A stretch of 64,000 bases of DNA. Source: Bacteroidales bacterium. Lineage in GTDB: Bacteria > Bacteroidota > Bacteroidia > Bacteroidales > WCHB1-69. The notes beneath the pieces were generated by a model, which saw only the letters and a program-made list of their open reading frames with translations, was not told where the DNA came from and ran no database searches. The stretch spans positions 17,072-81,071 of the forward strand of contig JAFPVR010000091.1 in assembly GCA_017395245.1 (NCBI GenBank), given 5' to 3'. This document shows, one piece after another, positions 44,302 through 54,193 of this stretch (the stretch's first letter is position 1; each line of letters opens with the position of its first letter). A program made the position numbers and the translations under genes.

Positions 44302-44477
44302 CAGCGGCCTTAGACATCAGGATGCTTGTGGCCACCGCCGCGAAGGCACTGGCGGTGGCCGCGCTGATAACCGCCGGTGCAATGGCGTTGCAACGGGGTT
44401 CCACGCACGTTTCAACGGCGGTCCGCGACACATGGGCGGCCGACAGCAGCTGGACGGTGAAAGGAGGATGGAGATGA
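44298..44477 (+). CDS. Small membrane protein (59 aa, below the ORF-track cutoff)
   Basis: ATGA-coupled ATG at 44298 with GGAAGGAGG upstream. Sequence MTAALDIRMLVATAAKALAVAALITAGAMAL... Confidence 0.4.
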   Translation: MTAALDIRMLVATAAKALAVAALITAGAMALQRGSTHVSTAVRDTWAADSSWTVKGGWR

Positions 44478-44649
44478 GACGGGAACACAATATTTCAATA
44501 CAGGTGTAAAGCCAAACCCTAATTTTAAATGGTATTATGTTTTCCAATGGCTGGATTTAAACAGCGGTGATAGCAATTTTAATGGTTGCGAAGATTGGAG
44601 CTCTACTTCAACGGATATTATCATTAGAATTGCACAAAGGCCTGACATT
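44461..44649 (+). pseudogene. Start-less fragment of a receptor-binding cassette, open in frame with the next ORF
   Basis: Translates to ..ETGTQYFNTGVKPNPNFKWYYVFQWLDLNSGDSNFNGCEDW.., which aligns to residues ~30-80 of ORF 45342 (SQGNQFIITGVCLGPNLKWELDAQWVEFNDNNAFGYEEW). Confidence 0.5.
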
Positions 44650-45306
44650 ATGAGAAAAGAACATTTAAACACTGTTTCAGAGGATATACCGTTCGTCGAG
44701 AATCTTATTTTCCATACTCCGCTGACTGAAGGAGATTTGACGGACCATGTGAGCGGGGTGTCGCCAACACCCGGCACAGGCGGCTGTACGTGGGATTCCG
44801 CGTACGACGCATATCGAATCTTCACCACAGCCGAGTACCAGCATTGCTTGATATATAACATTCCCGACGGCATAGATTTCAAGTCATCGGAAAACTACAA
44901 CTTTTCAATTTACACAAAGATTTTCATCAATTCTTACAATGGCACGATTGACTATGCAATATTGTATGACGGCATCAACTGGCCGACCAGTAATAATTCA
45001 TACAGTATTGGTGAAACGCACAGGTACAACACATCGACGGACAACCCAATAACAAAGAATGCCTGGCATGAGATATGTATGGCAAGATATGAAGACAATA
45101 TATTTTTTTATGTTGACAAAGCATTGTCAAGAACCACGCAAACATCGCAATACCCTGCATTTAATATTTCCGACGCCGTTGCAAAGAATAAACACAAGAA
45201 TCTTGCAGTCGGGACTTCAATATACAATTACAAATTCAACATATACATCAAAGATCTTCGTATATACGATAGAGCGTTGTCGGCTTCAGAGATTGTGCAG
45301 TTGTAA
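44650..45306 (+). CDS. LamG/concanavalin-like receptor-binding cassette 1 (low GC)
   Basis: C-terminal ...IYIKDLRIYDRALSASEIVQL is typical of LamG-type domains. Confidence 0.5.
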   Translation: MRKEHLNTVSEDIPFVENLIFHTPLTEGDLTDHVSGVSPTPGTGGCTWDSAYDAYRIFTTAEYQHCLIYNIPDGIDFKSSENYNFSIYTKIFINSYNGTIDYAILYDGINWPTSNNSYSIGETHRYNTSTDNPITKNAWHEICMARYEDNIFFYVDKALSRTTQTSQYPAFNISDAVAKNKHKNLAVGTSIYNYKFNIYIKDLRIYDRALSASEIVQL

Positions 45307-45341
45307 AGCAAAGGGTATTACATTAACCAATATCTGCTAAT

Positions 45342-45989
45342 ATGAAAAGAGAAAGTTTAAATTCAGAGGCGTCTCCAAACCAGCTCCCCCTGCCATCTGG
45401 ATATACCAAGTTGAACTACATAGAAAGCCAGGGAAACCAGTTTATCATCACGGGTGTTTGTTTGGGGCCGAACCTTAAGTGGGAGCTTGATGCTCAGTGG
45501 GTTGAATTCAATGATAACAATGCTTTTGGATATGAAGAATGGAATCAAGGTGCTGCGAACACAAGAGTTGTATGCCGTTTAAATTTTACTAAGAGCAAAA
45601 CTTTAAGCATTGTATATGGAAACATTCCGGCAACAGATCCGAATGGCTTTAAGCAATATAATTTACCTGGCGCCGATGCGACTGTCAGGCATGTTTTATA
45701 TGTGGAAAGCGGGAAACAGTGCATCGACGGTGTCGAAGTCATGCAAGCAATAATGACTTACACGAGCACCGGTTATATAATGTTTTTCGAAAGCGGTTTT
45801 GCGAACGGAAGCGGTGCTTATATATGTAAAAAGACCAGAGTTTATGGTTCGTGGATGAAAAACGGAGACACACTTGTCAGAAATTTTGTGCCTGCACTCA
45901 GGCTATCCGATAGCAAGCCCGGCTTGTACGATACGGTCAATGATGTGTTTCATACCAACGCAGGAACCGGGGAATTTTTATACGCATAA
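45342..45989 (+). CDS. Receptor-binding cassette of the 'LPxGY..L.YIES.G.Q.I.TG' family (low GC)
   Basis: LPLPSGYTKLNYIESQGNQFIITGV... Confidence 0.5.
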   Translation: MKRESLNSEASPNQLPLPSGYTKLNYIESQGNQFIITGVCLGPNLKWELDAQWVEFNDNNAFGYEEWNQGAANTRVVCRLNFTKSKTLSIVYGNIPATDPNGFKQYNLPGADATVRHVLYVESGKQCIDGVEVMQAIMTYTSTGYIMFFESGFANGSGAYICKKTRVYGSWMKNGDTLVRNFVPALRLSDSKPGLYDTVNDVFHTNAGTGEFLYA

Positions 45990-45991
45990 AT

Positions 45992-46690
45992 ATGAGGAGA
46001 CAGCAATTCAAATCTGAACAGTCGTACATCGACTGGTTGAAGTCCAAGGGGTGCCGGTTCTACGCCCCCATGGACGAGGAGCACGGCACTGACGAGCTGA
46101 TACAGGGCTGGACATTCAGCGTCAACAATGGGTGCTCGTGTGTTTGGGATTCTAACAAGAGAGCACACTTGATAACAGGCAGCAGCTCATCATCGAAGGC
46201 TTCCGCCATGTGGAGCGGAAAAAGCATACAATCGCAAAACGTCGGAGAAATGGCTATCAATACCCAGCATGTTCTTCTTTGTGATTTTAATCTAACTTCT
46301 TCTGGTAGTTGGACTCCTGGTGCTAGCTACGGAGGCAGTGATGATTATACTACGAACATATCGGGCACGTCATCATCAAGAAATGTGCTTTGCGCCAGTC
46401 AAAAAGAATTCTATACCAGAAACGGTAAGTCGTTTTCTTATAATATTTGGTATACTTATTTTCAATGGTATAACAAAAGCAACAGTAGAAGATGCGATAT
46501 AACAGCGCAAGGGATTACACTTCTTGAGGCTGATTCTAACCCAAGCTGGACTTTTGTCTACAATCAGAATTGCGACACGCATGTGAGCTTGATGGCTGGC
46601 TGCTCGGGCTATGTTCGCAACTTGTACATCTTCGCCACGGCATTGAGCGATGAGGACATTATGACGATTTACCGCCACGATCACCAATAA
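45992..46690 (+). CDS. LamG/concanavalin-like receptor-binding cassette 2 (low GC)
   Basis: C-terminal ...YVRNLYIFATALSDEDIMTIY. Shares C(T/V)WDS with cassette 1. Confidence 0.5.
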   Translation: MRRQQFKSEQSYIDWLKSKGCRFYAPMDEEHGTDELIQGWTFSVNNGCSCVWDSNKRAHLITGSSSSSKASAMWSGKSIQSQNVGEMAINTQHVLLCDFNLTSSGSWTPGASYGGSDDYTTNISGTSSSRNVLCASQKEFYTRNGKSFSYNIWYTYFQWYNKSNSRRCDITAQGITLLEADSNPSWTFVYNQNCDTHVSLMAGCSGYVRNLYIFATALSDEDIMTIYRHDHQ

Positions 46691-46693
46691 ACT

Positions 46694-49021
46694 ATGATTA
46701 GAATATACGTCAAAGGCCAGCAGCTCGCTCTGAAGCGCGACACCACGCTCACGGTGGAACTCAATAACGCCCTGTTCGCCTCGCCGGATATTGAGGGAGA
46801 CATCTCGTTTAGCTTCGGTCTGCCTGTTGAGGGAAACGAGCAGATGCTTGGCTTCGCAAACCTCCCACAAATAGGTAGTATGAAAAAGACGCCCTGCCTC
46901 GTGTGGTGCAACAACAGCCAGAACTGGGCCGGGGAACTGGTGGTCCAGAAAACCGGGCACGACAACATCTCTGCTGCGTTGGTCATCAACCCCTATCCAG
47001 AAGGGTTCTCCGGACGCAGCCTCACAGCCAACGAGGACGCCGACATTGTGATTTCCGAAAGCAAAGAGACGCACAACGCCGCGTGGGAAGAGTTTTTGAA
47101 GGCCTCGGTGAATGACCCTGATGTGAAGTTTGCTCCGTTCATCAACGAGGATGGCTATGGAAGCGAGAACGAAGACTTTGGCCGCTGGAATGGGATACAA
47201 AGGACGAAGGTGGTGAACTCACTGTTCTTCACCGATGCAGGTACACTTCTGGACACGATTTCACATCCATTCTCGAAAGCGCACAACGAGCTGCTCGACG
47301 TTAGTGTTATCGACACAGTGGACACCGACGGTAAACCTTCTTATTCCGAATATACGGAAATGAACCAGCTGGCCTTCTGTCCGCAGATCCGCATCGCCCG
47401 CATATTGTCGTTATGGTGCCGGAACGCAGGCTATACGTTCATCGACCACCTTGGTGATGACCTGTCCGGAACATTCCTGCAGTCGCAGAAATCTCTGGAC
47501 GGCACGTCAGCGCAATATGATACGGATTCCACAGATCGCATTAGTGGCTATTCTGAAGGATATGCGACGGACATCCAGAACTGGCAGTGGTACTTCAGTT
47601 TGATTCCTGAAGAAGGATCTGAGGCGTATATCAATAATGCTACAGTTTCCATACAGGAAACGGGGTGGTGGATGTTTCGAATCACAGCGGACTACCGCTC
47701 AATCGCCTATCAAATACAGAGGTATTTCAGCATAGGCTACCGCGCCTGGCTCGCCATCTATCAAGGATTTGATAAGCTGTATGAGTATTATATCGGAACT
47801 TTGCCCACCAAAAACTTCAAGGTGGATTTGGAATGGAAACAATATGTGTCGGATATCTGGACGGCCGCCCCGTTCAGAATCGCCATATATTTCAAAGATG
47901 GGCAAAACACGAGTTATTACCTTAGAGAATCCCTCAAAACAAATCAGCCGTCCATACCAATGACGGTTGACATACGTAAAATTTCAGCTGACCAGGTGCA
48001 GTCGGGTTTCAACATTTTCCGCAGCAAGTTCCGGATTCCGGAACTACTCCCGGAGGTGACCAACGCCTCGTTCCTGAAGACTCTGCTCGAAACCATGGGG
48101 TTGTGCTTCTTCGTGTCCGGGAAGCAGAAGACCATCGAGGTTGTTCCGTATAGCAGGATAAGCAATGCCAAGTCTTTGGATCTGACACCTTACGAACTCA
48201 CGCGTGAAACCGAGACAATCTCGCCGGATGAGACGAAGCGGACATTCCGGCTCAAACCGCTGAAAGACGAAGACTACAACAAGGGTTTGAGGATTGATGA
48301 CGTTGCCGTCAAACTCCCTGACCCGTATGCAAACCACGAGCACTATGTCCTGCGCACCAAGACGAACACCCTGTACCACGCTTCAAAGCAGGAGGGTGCT
48401 GTCGAAAACTGGGTGGAAGGATGGGAGGAATACAGCGGCAACCCCGACAGGCTGGAGGTCGGCAGCGGGGACGAAGAGAACAGGGAACCGTCGGTGGCCA
48501 TCCCGCACCAGCGACTGTTCAGCACAAACCGCCGCCATCCCGACACAGATATCATCTCTGGCGAGACACCGCAGCTCATGGTGGCCGACTTCACCATCAG
48601 CAGCGACCTTTACAACACAACGGAAAAAACATCCGCCATCATTCTGACCCAATACCGTGGATTCCGATTGCGGCAGTACGGAGCCAGTGCCACCGAAATC
48701 AAGAACGAAGTGATGCTGCCGGTCTGGGGTGACGATTTCGCATTGAAGGCAAAAGGGGCCAACTCCATCGGCGAGAAGTATGTGAAACCCGTGCTGGAAT
48801 TGCTCGGCCATAAGACAGTAACCTACAAGTTTCGGCTTCCGACCGCCATGATACAGCAGGTAGAGGACCTCCTTCGCCCGTCGGAGCTCGACCCGGGAAT
48901 GCAGACGCGGTTCCTGATCGTGAGAAATGTGAAGACGGTGCCGAAAAGAATCACCTTCCAGATAGACAACGACATTGATGACACAGTGCTGTGTCAGATT
49001 GAGACGGTGAAGGTGTATTAG
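46694..49021 (+). CDS. Large tail/baseplate structural protein
   Basis: 775-aa ORF at the end of the tail module. Confidence 0.5.
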   Translation: MIRIYVKGQQLALKRDTTLTVELNNALFASPDIEGDISFSFGLPVEGNEQMLGFANLPQIGSMKKTPCLVWCNNSQNWAGELVVQKTGHDNISAALVINPYPEGFSGRSLTANEDADIVISESKETHNAAWEEFLKASVNDPDVKFAPFINEDGYGSENEDFGRWNGIQRTKVVNSLFFTDAGTLLDTISHPFSKAHNELLDVSVIDTVDTDGKPSYSEYTEMNQLAFCPQIRIARILSLWCRNAGYTFIDHLGDDLSGTFLQSQKSLDGTSAQYDTDSTDRISGYSEGYATDIQNWQWYFSLIPEEGSEAYINNATVSIQETGWWMFRITADYRSIAYQIQRYFSIGYRAWLAIYQGFDKLYEYYIGTLPTKNFKVDLEWKQYVSDIWTAAPFRIAIYFKDGQNTSYYLRESLKTNQPSIPMTVDIRKISADQVQSGFNIFRSKFRIPELLPEVTNASFLKTLLETMGLCFFVSGKQKTIEVVPYSRISNAKSLDLTPYELTRETETISPDETKRTFRLKPLKDEDYNKGLRIDDVAVKLPDPYANHEHYVLRTKTNTLYHASKQEGAVENWVEGWEEYSGNPDRLEVGSGDEENREPSVAIPHQRLFSTNRRHPDTDIISGETPQLMVADFTISSDLYNTTEKTSAIILTQYRGFRLRQYGASATEIKNEVMLPVWGDDFALKAKGANSIGEKYVKPVLELLGHKTVTYKFRLPTAMIQQVEDLLRPSELDPGMQTRFLIVRNVKTVPKRITFQIDNDIDDTVLCQIETVKVY

Positions 49022-50136
49022 AATTGGATGGTATTCCACTCTAATATCTTCTTCGCATTCGATCTGTGAGTGTATTTTTCTGTCATTTCTAACGAACTGT
49101 GATCAGCTAGTTCCTTAACAAGCTTGGCGGGTACGCCCGCCTCCAACATTTCGGTGATTCCAGTATCCTTCAAGGAATAAAACTGGTACGACGAAGGCAG
49201 CCCAAGCGCATCGCGCATTTCCTTCCAACGCTCGGCGACACGGGTCGGGGCAGTGTACTTCGGCCCAGGGGCGTATGTATTTCGGTCAGAGAAGACATAC
49301 CATTGGGACGGCAAGCCGCGCAACGTCCTGAAATACTCCATGATTTCCTCCGGAACACCGATAATCCTGTCACAGTGGTTTTTAGCGACAAAAGACGGAA
49401 TCTTCAGCATACATTGGTCGAAGTCAATGTACCCTACCCTGATCATCATGATTTCCTTCGGACGGATTAGCAGACGATAGCACAACAGCATTACATATAT
49501 ATATAAAGGTGTACGCTCATCGAACCATGCACGGATATCCTTCCTGACCGACGGAGGTATAACGACCCTTATCTTCCTGTCCACCTTGCGTTTCGGAAGG
49601 TCTTCGGCGGGATTTTCCTTGATGTAGCCGCGCTGCACAAAGAAATCGAACAGCGTGTACAGATAAGAAGAGTAGTTGTTGTAACTGCGATTGCTGAGAT
49701 TGACATGCAAGTCAGTGTATTCGAGATAGCGGAGGAGATGGTCGCGATCGATCTGGAAGCAATAGATATGGTCGAGATGCTGCTTCTTCAGATAATCCAG
49801 GAACAACTGCGAGAAAGACCTGTATGATTTCATGGTGGCGGGCCTCAATATCTTCTCTTTTGCATCGAGAAACTTCTGGATGCACTGCGACACGCTGAGC
49901 GCCCTGGCGGCCAACGCCTCGACAAACGGGTTCCAACCACCCCAAAGTTTCTCGTTGATCTTGTGGCAAAGGGATTTCGCGTACCTGTCGCGGTCGGAAG
50001 ACTTCCTCACATGGTTGACACGGTATTTAACGCGCTGCAGCTTTCCCGTCTCCGGATTGAGCGCATAGTAGTAGACAAAGCAATCTTTGCCCTTGTGGTA
50101 AGCGCACGGCTTGAAATCGATGAATGGAGTGGACAT
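49018..50136 (-). CDS. Tyrosine-type site-specific integrase
   Basis: C-terminal catalytic region ...LKDTGITEMLEAGVPAKLVKELADHSSLEMTEKYTH. Adjacent to a tRNA and an att repeat. Confidence 0.9.
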   Translation of the reverse strand: MSTPFIDFKPCAYHKGKDCFVYYYALNPETGKLQRVKYRVNHVRKSSDRDRYAKSLCHKINEKLWGGWNPFVEALAARALSVSQCIQKFLDAKEKILRPATMKSYRSFSQLFLDYLKKQHLDHIYCFQIDRDHLLRYLEYTDLHVNLSNRSYNNYSSYLYTLFDFFVQRGYIKENPAEDLPKRKVDRKIRVVIPPSVRKDIRAWFDERTPLYIYVMLLCYRLLIRPKEIMMIRVGYIDFDQCMLKIPSFVAKNHCDRIIGVPEEIMEYFRTLRGLPSQWYVFSDRNTYAPGPKYTAPTRVAERWKEMRDALGLPSSYQFYSLKDTGITEMLEAGVPAKLVKELADHSSLEMTEKYTHRSNAKKILEWNTIQF

Positions 50137-50261
50137 ATTTTTTTTTCCTTTCTATGTTTTTTGCGCATTGGAAAGGAAGTGTGAATTGTATCGGTATTGT
50201 ATCAGTAAAATTGCCGAAAACCATCTAAACAAATGATTTTCAGCAATTTACATTTTCTTAG

Positions 50262-50333
<72 letters not shown>

Positions 50334-50525
50334 ATGTTTCAGGCCGCAAAAATACACTTTTTTCTTTTTTCCGACACATTCTGCAGAAAAAAAATTTTCA
50401 TATCAAAATTTTTGTATCTTTGCCACCCCAATTGAAAGAGGCTCTTCAATTGAATTACAAGTAGTTAACCTCATTGTTTAATCTTAAAAAAGCCCCAGTC
50501 TCAGGGCAAATTGAGACAACAATTT

Positions 50526-52490
50526 ATGTCAGAAGAATTACTGAACACTCCTGAACAGGTCGAAGAAATCGCGCAAAACGTGGAAAATGTTGCCGAAACC
50601 GTGACGGAAAACGTGGTTGAGGAAGCCACCGCCGCTGCCGAAGAGGCCATGCCCGAAACCGAAGAGGCTCCCAAAGCCCCCAAGGGTCCCCGCAAAATGC
50701 GCGAGATCGAGAACCCCTACGCCAATGCGCTCGAAAACTTCAGCTGGGACAAGGTCTCCGACCAGAACGACCGCTACTCCAAAGACGAGCAAGCACGCCT
50801 CGAGGAAGCCTATTCCAAGTCCTTCAAGTCCATCGAGCAGGGTGATGTCATCACCGGCAAGGTGGTCTCCATCAACGACCGCGAAGTGGTCCTCAACATC
50901 GGCTTCAAGTCCGACGGCGTCATCAACGCTTCCGAACTCCGCTACAACCGCGACCTCAAGATCGGCGACGAAGTGGAAGTCTATGTCGAAAGCCAGGAAG
51001 ATGCCAACGGTCAGATGCAGCTCTCTCACAAGCGCGCCCTCATCCTCAAGTCATGGCAGCGCGTCAACGAGGCCTACGACAACCAGGAGGTCATCACCGG
51101 CTACGTGAAAGGCAAGACCAAAGGCGGTCTCATCGTGGACGTCTTCGGTATCGAGGCCTTCCTGCCCGGTTCCCAAATCGACGTCAAGCAAATTCGCGAC
51201 TTCGACGTCTATGTTGGCAAGACCATGGAGTTCAAGGTCGTCAAGATCAACCACGACTATAAGAACGTGGTCGTCTCCCACAAGGCCCTCATTGAGGCTG
51301 AAATCGAAGCCCAGAAGGCCGAAATCATCAGCCGCCTCGAAGTCGGCCAAATCCTCGAAGGTACGGTCAAGAACATCGTTTCTTACGGTGCGTTCGTCGA
51401 TCTCGGCGGTCTGGACGGTCTCATCCACATCACCGACCTCTCTTGGGGCCGCATCAGCCACCCCTCCGAGGTTGTTCAACTCGACCAGAAGGTCAACGTC
51501 GTCATCCTCAACTTCGAGGAAGGCAAGAAACGTATCGCCCTGGGTCTCAAGCAGCTCACCCCGCAACCGTGGGAGAAGCTCGATCCGGATCTCAAGGTCG
51601 GCGACAAAGTCAAGGGCAAAGTGGTGGTCATCACCGACTACGGTGCCTTTGTGGAGGTCATCCCCGGCGTGGAAGGCCTTATCCATGTCTCCGAAATGTC
51701 CTGGTCGCAGCACCTGCGCACCGCCCACGACTTCCTCAAGGTCGGCGACGAGATTGAAGCCGTTGTGCTCACTCTCGACCGCGAAGGCCAGAAGATGTCT
51801 CTGGGTCTCAAGCAGCTCATCCCCGATCCGTGGGCTGGCATCCTTGAGAAATATCCTGTCGGCTCCCGCCACACCGCCACTGTCCGCAACTTCACCACGT
51901 TCGGCATCTTCGTCGAACTGGAAGAGGGCGTTGACGGCCTTATCCACATCTCCGACCTCTCTTGGAACAAGAAGATCAAACACCCCGCCGAGTTCACCAA
52001 GGTGGGTGAGTCCATCGAAGTGGTCGTCCTCGAAGTGGACACCGAGAACCGCCGCCTGAGCTTGGGTCACAAGCAGTTGGAGGAGAACCCGTGGGATGTC
52101 TACGAGACCATCTTCACCATCGGCTCTGTGCACGAGGGTACCATCACCGGCATGACCGACAAGGGTGCCACCGTGATGCTCCCGCACAACATCGAAGGCT
52201 TTGCTTTCAACCGTCATCTGGTGAAAGAGGACAAATCCACTGCCAAGGAAGGCGAAACCCTCCCGTTCATGGTGGTTGATTTCTCCAAGGACGCCAAGAA
52301 GATCCACCTCTCCCACACCAAGACGTGGCAACCCGACCGCGACAGCGAGGATCGTGCCCGCAACGAGGAGGAGAGACAGAAAGAGCGCGATATTCAGAAA
52401 GTGAACGAGAGCAACGTCGAAAAGGCGACCCTCGGCGACTTGAACATCCTGCAATCTCTGAAGGAAGACCTCGAGAAAGAAGGCAAGTAA
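50526..52490 (+). CDS. rpsA: 30S ribosomal protein S1
   Basis: Six repeated S1 domains (e.g. GDVITGKVVSI, GQILEGTVKNIVSYGAFVDLGG..DGLIHITD). A TATCTTTG box lies upstream. Confidence 0.95.
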   Translation: MSEELLNTPEQVEEIAQNVENVAETVTENVVEEATAAAEEAMPETEEAPKAPKGPRKMREIENPYANALENFSWDKVSDQNDRYSKDEQARLEEAYSKSFKSIEQGDVITGKVVSINDREVVLNIGFKSDGVINASELRYNRDLKIGDEVEVYVESQEDANGQMQLSHKRALILKSWQRVNEAYDNQEVITGYVKGKTKGGLIVDVFGIEAFLPGSQIDVKQIRDFDVYVGKTMEFKVVKINHDYKNVVVSHKALIEAEIEAQKAEIISRLEVGQILEGTVKNIVSYGAFVDLGGLDGLIHITDLSWGRISHPSEVVQLDQKVNVVILNFEEGKKRIALGLKQLTPQPWEKLDPDLKVGDKVKGKVVVITDYGAFVEVIPGVEGLIHVSEMSWSQHLRTAHDFLKVGDEIEAVVLTLDREGQKMSLGLKQLIPDPWAGILEKYPVGSRHTATVRNFTTFGIFVELEEGVDGLIHISDLSWNKKIKHPAEFTKVGESIEVVVLEVDTENRRLSLGHKQLEENPWDVYETIFTIGSVHEGTITGMTDKGATVMLPHNIEGFAFNRHLVKEDKSTAKEGETLPFMVVDFSKDAKKIHLSHTKTWQPDRDSEDRARNEEERQKERDIQKVNESNVEKATLGDLNILQSLKEDLEKEGK

Positions 52491-52518
52491 GACTTGAGGC
52501 TTAGGACTTAAGACTTTA

Positions 52519-52555
52519 GACGTGAGACTTTTTCGAAAGCCTCACGTCTTTTTTT
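52519..52555 (+). terminator. rpsA rho-independent terminator
   Basis: GACGTGAG...CTCACGTC followed by a T7 run. Confidence 0.75.
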
Positions 52556-52645
52556 ATTCTACATTCTACATTCTGCATTCTACATTAAAAAAATTGTACC
52601 TTTGCGGTCACAAATTTGAAGTATCATTTTAAAACAACAAAGAAT

Positions 52646-54100
52646 ATGAACGAAGAAATGCTGAACCTGAAACCCGCGAAGGTTTTCTATTATTTCAATG
52701 AAATCACCAAGATCCCGCGCCCGTCGAAGCGCGAGGAGAAGATGTCGCTGTGGTTGGAGGCGACCGGCAAGAAGTTAGGCCTCGAGACCAAACGCGACAA
52801 GGTCGGCAACGTGCTGATTTCCAAGCCCGCCACGCCCGGCAAGGAGAACGTCACCCCCGTGGTGCTGCAGGCGCACATGGACATGGTGTGCGAGAAGAAC
52901 AACGACAAAGTGTTCGACTTTGACAAAGACGCCATCGAGACCTACATTGACGACGGGTGGCTGAAAGCCAAGGGCACGACCCTCGGTGCCGACGACGGCA
53001 TCGGCATCGCCCTCGCATTGGCCGTCCTCGACAACAACGAAATTGAGCACGGTCCCATCGAGTGTCTCTTCACCATCGACGAAGAGACCGGCCTCACCGG
53101 AGCCGCCGCTGTGGAAGCCGGCTTCATGAAGGGCAAGATGCTCCTCAACCTCGACAACGAGGACGAAGGCCAGTTTTGCATCGGATGCGCCGGCGGCAAG
53201 GATACCGTGGCCAAAGTGCCCGTGGATTACGAGCCTGTGGAGGGCAAATGCGAGTTTTTCAAGGTCGAAGTGAAGGGCTTGCAGGGCGGTCACAGCGGCG
53301 ACGACATCAACAAGGGCCGCGGCAACGCCGTGAAGCTCCTCGCCCGCATCCTTTGGAACTCCTACAGCTACCACGACCTGCGCATCGCCGACATCAACGC
53401 CGGCAACCTGCGCAACGCCATCGCACGCGAGGGCTACGCCATCGTGGCCGTGCCGAAAGAGGAGGTAGAGGGCTGGAAAGCTTACCTCGCCGAGATGGAC
53501 AAGACCTACAAAGCTGAATTCCACACCACTGATCCCGGCGTGACGGTGACCGTGGAACCCGCCCCCGCCGTGAAGGAAGTGTTGGAGGAAACTCTCCAGA
53601 TCGACGTGCTCAACGCCCTCATCGTCTGCCCGCACGGCATCCAGGCCATGTCACAAGACATCCCCGGCCTGGTGGAGACCTCCACAAACCTCGCTTCCGT
53701 GAAGATTGTGGACGGAGAAGTGGTGTTCACCACCAGCCAGCGCAGCTCGGTGGAGTCGAAGAAAGAGGCCATTGTCGACAAGGTGTCCGCCACCTTCTGG
53801 ATGATCGGCGCCGACGTGGAGAACTCCGACGGCTACCCCGGCTGGACACCGAACCCCAACTCCAAGGCCGTGCAGCTGCTGTCGGAGGCCTACCGCAATG
53901 TTTTCCACAAAGATCCCGTTGTGCTGGCCATCCATGCCGGTTTGGAATGCGGCCTTTTCTCCGAGAAGTACCCCGACATGGACATGGTCGCGTTCGGTCC
54001 CACCCTGCGCGGCGTCCACTCGCCCGACGAGAAGCTGGAAATCGCCACGGTACAGATGTGTTGGGACCTCATGGTCGAGTTCTTCCGTTTGTTGAAATAA
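52646..54100 (+). CDS. pepD: Aminoacyl-histidine (Xaa-His) dipeptidase
   Basis: FNEITKIPRPSKREEKMS..., VVLQAHMDMVCEKN, LGADDGIGIA, TIDEETGLTGA. Confidence 0.85.
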   Translation: MNEEMLNLKPAKVFYYFNEITKIPRPSKREEKMSLWLEATGKKLGLETKRDKVGNVLISKPATPGKENVTPVVLQAHMDMVCEKNNDKVFDFDKDAIETYIDDGWLKAKGTTLGADDGIGIALALAVLDNNEIEHGPIECLFTIDEETGLTGAAAVEAGFMKGKMLLNLDNEDEGQFCIGCAGGKDTVAKVPVDYEPVEGKCEFFKVEVKGLQGGHSGDDINKGRGNAVKLLARILWNSYSYHDLRIADINAGNLRNAIAREGYAIVAVPKEEVEGWKAYLAEMDKTYKAEFHTTDPGVTVTVEPAPAVKEVLEETLQIDVLNALIVCPHGIQAMSQDIPGLVETSTNLASVKIVDGEVVFTTSQRSSVESKKEAIVDKVSATFWMIGADVENSDGYPGWTPNPNSKAVQLLSEAYRNVFHKDPVVLAIHAGLECGLFSEKYPDMDMVAFGPTLRGVHSPDEKLEIATVQMCWDLMVEFFRLLK

Positions 54101-54154
54101 ACTTTGTAAACTGTGATCTGTGATGAGTGATCAGTGAACTGTGATTAGTGATTA

Positions 54155-54193
54155 GAAAAAAGTCCCCGTATTTTGAAATGCGGGGACTTTTTG
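54155..54193. terminator. Bidirectional terminator between pepD and the acyl-CoA synthetase gene
   Basis: A-run, then AGTCCCCG-loop-CGGGGACT, then a T-run. Confidence 0.75.

Noticed and set aside
40847-49021. Diversity-generating retroelement or invertible shufflon at the tail-fibre locus
   Set aside because: No reverse transcriptase gene and no template/variable repeat pair was found. All cassettes are in the same orientation and no flanking inverted repeats were seen. The serine recombinase lies 19 kb away.
51051-52454. 467-aa minus-strand ORF and several plus-strand alternative-frame ORFs within rpsA
   Set aside because: rpsA with its six S1 domains is unambiguous. The others are shadow frames of a GC3-rich gene.
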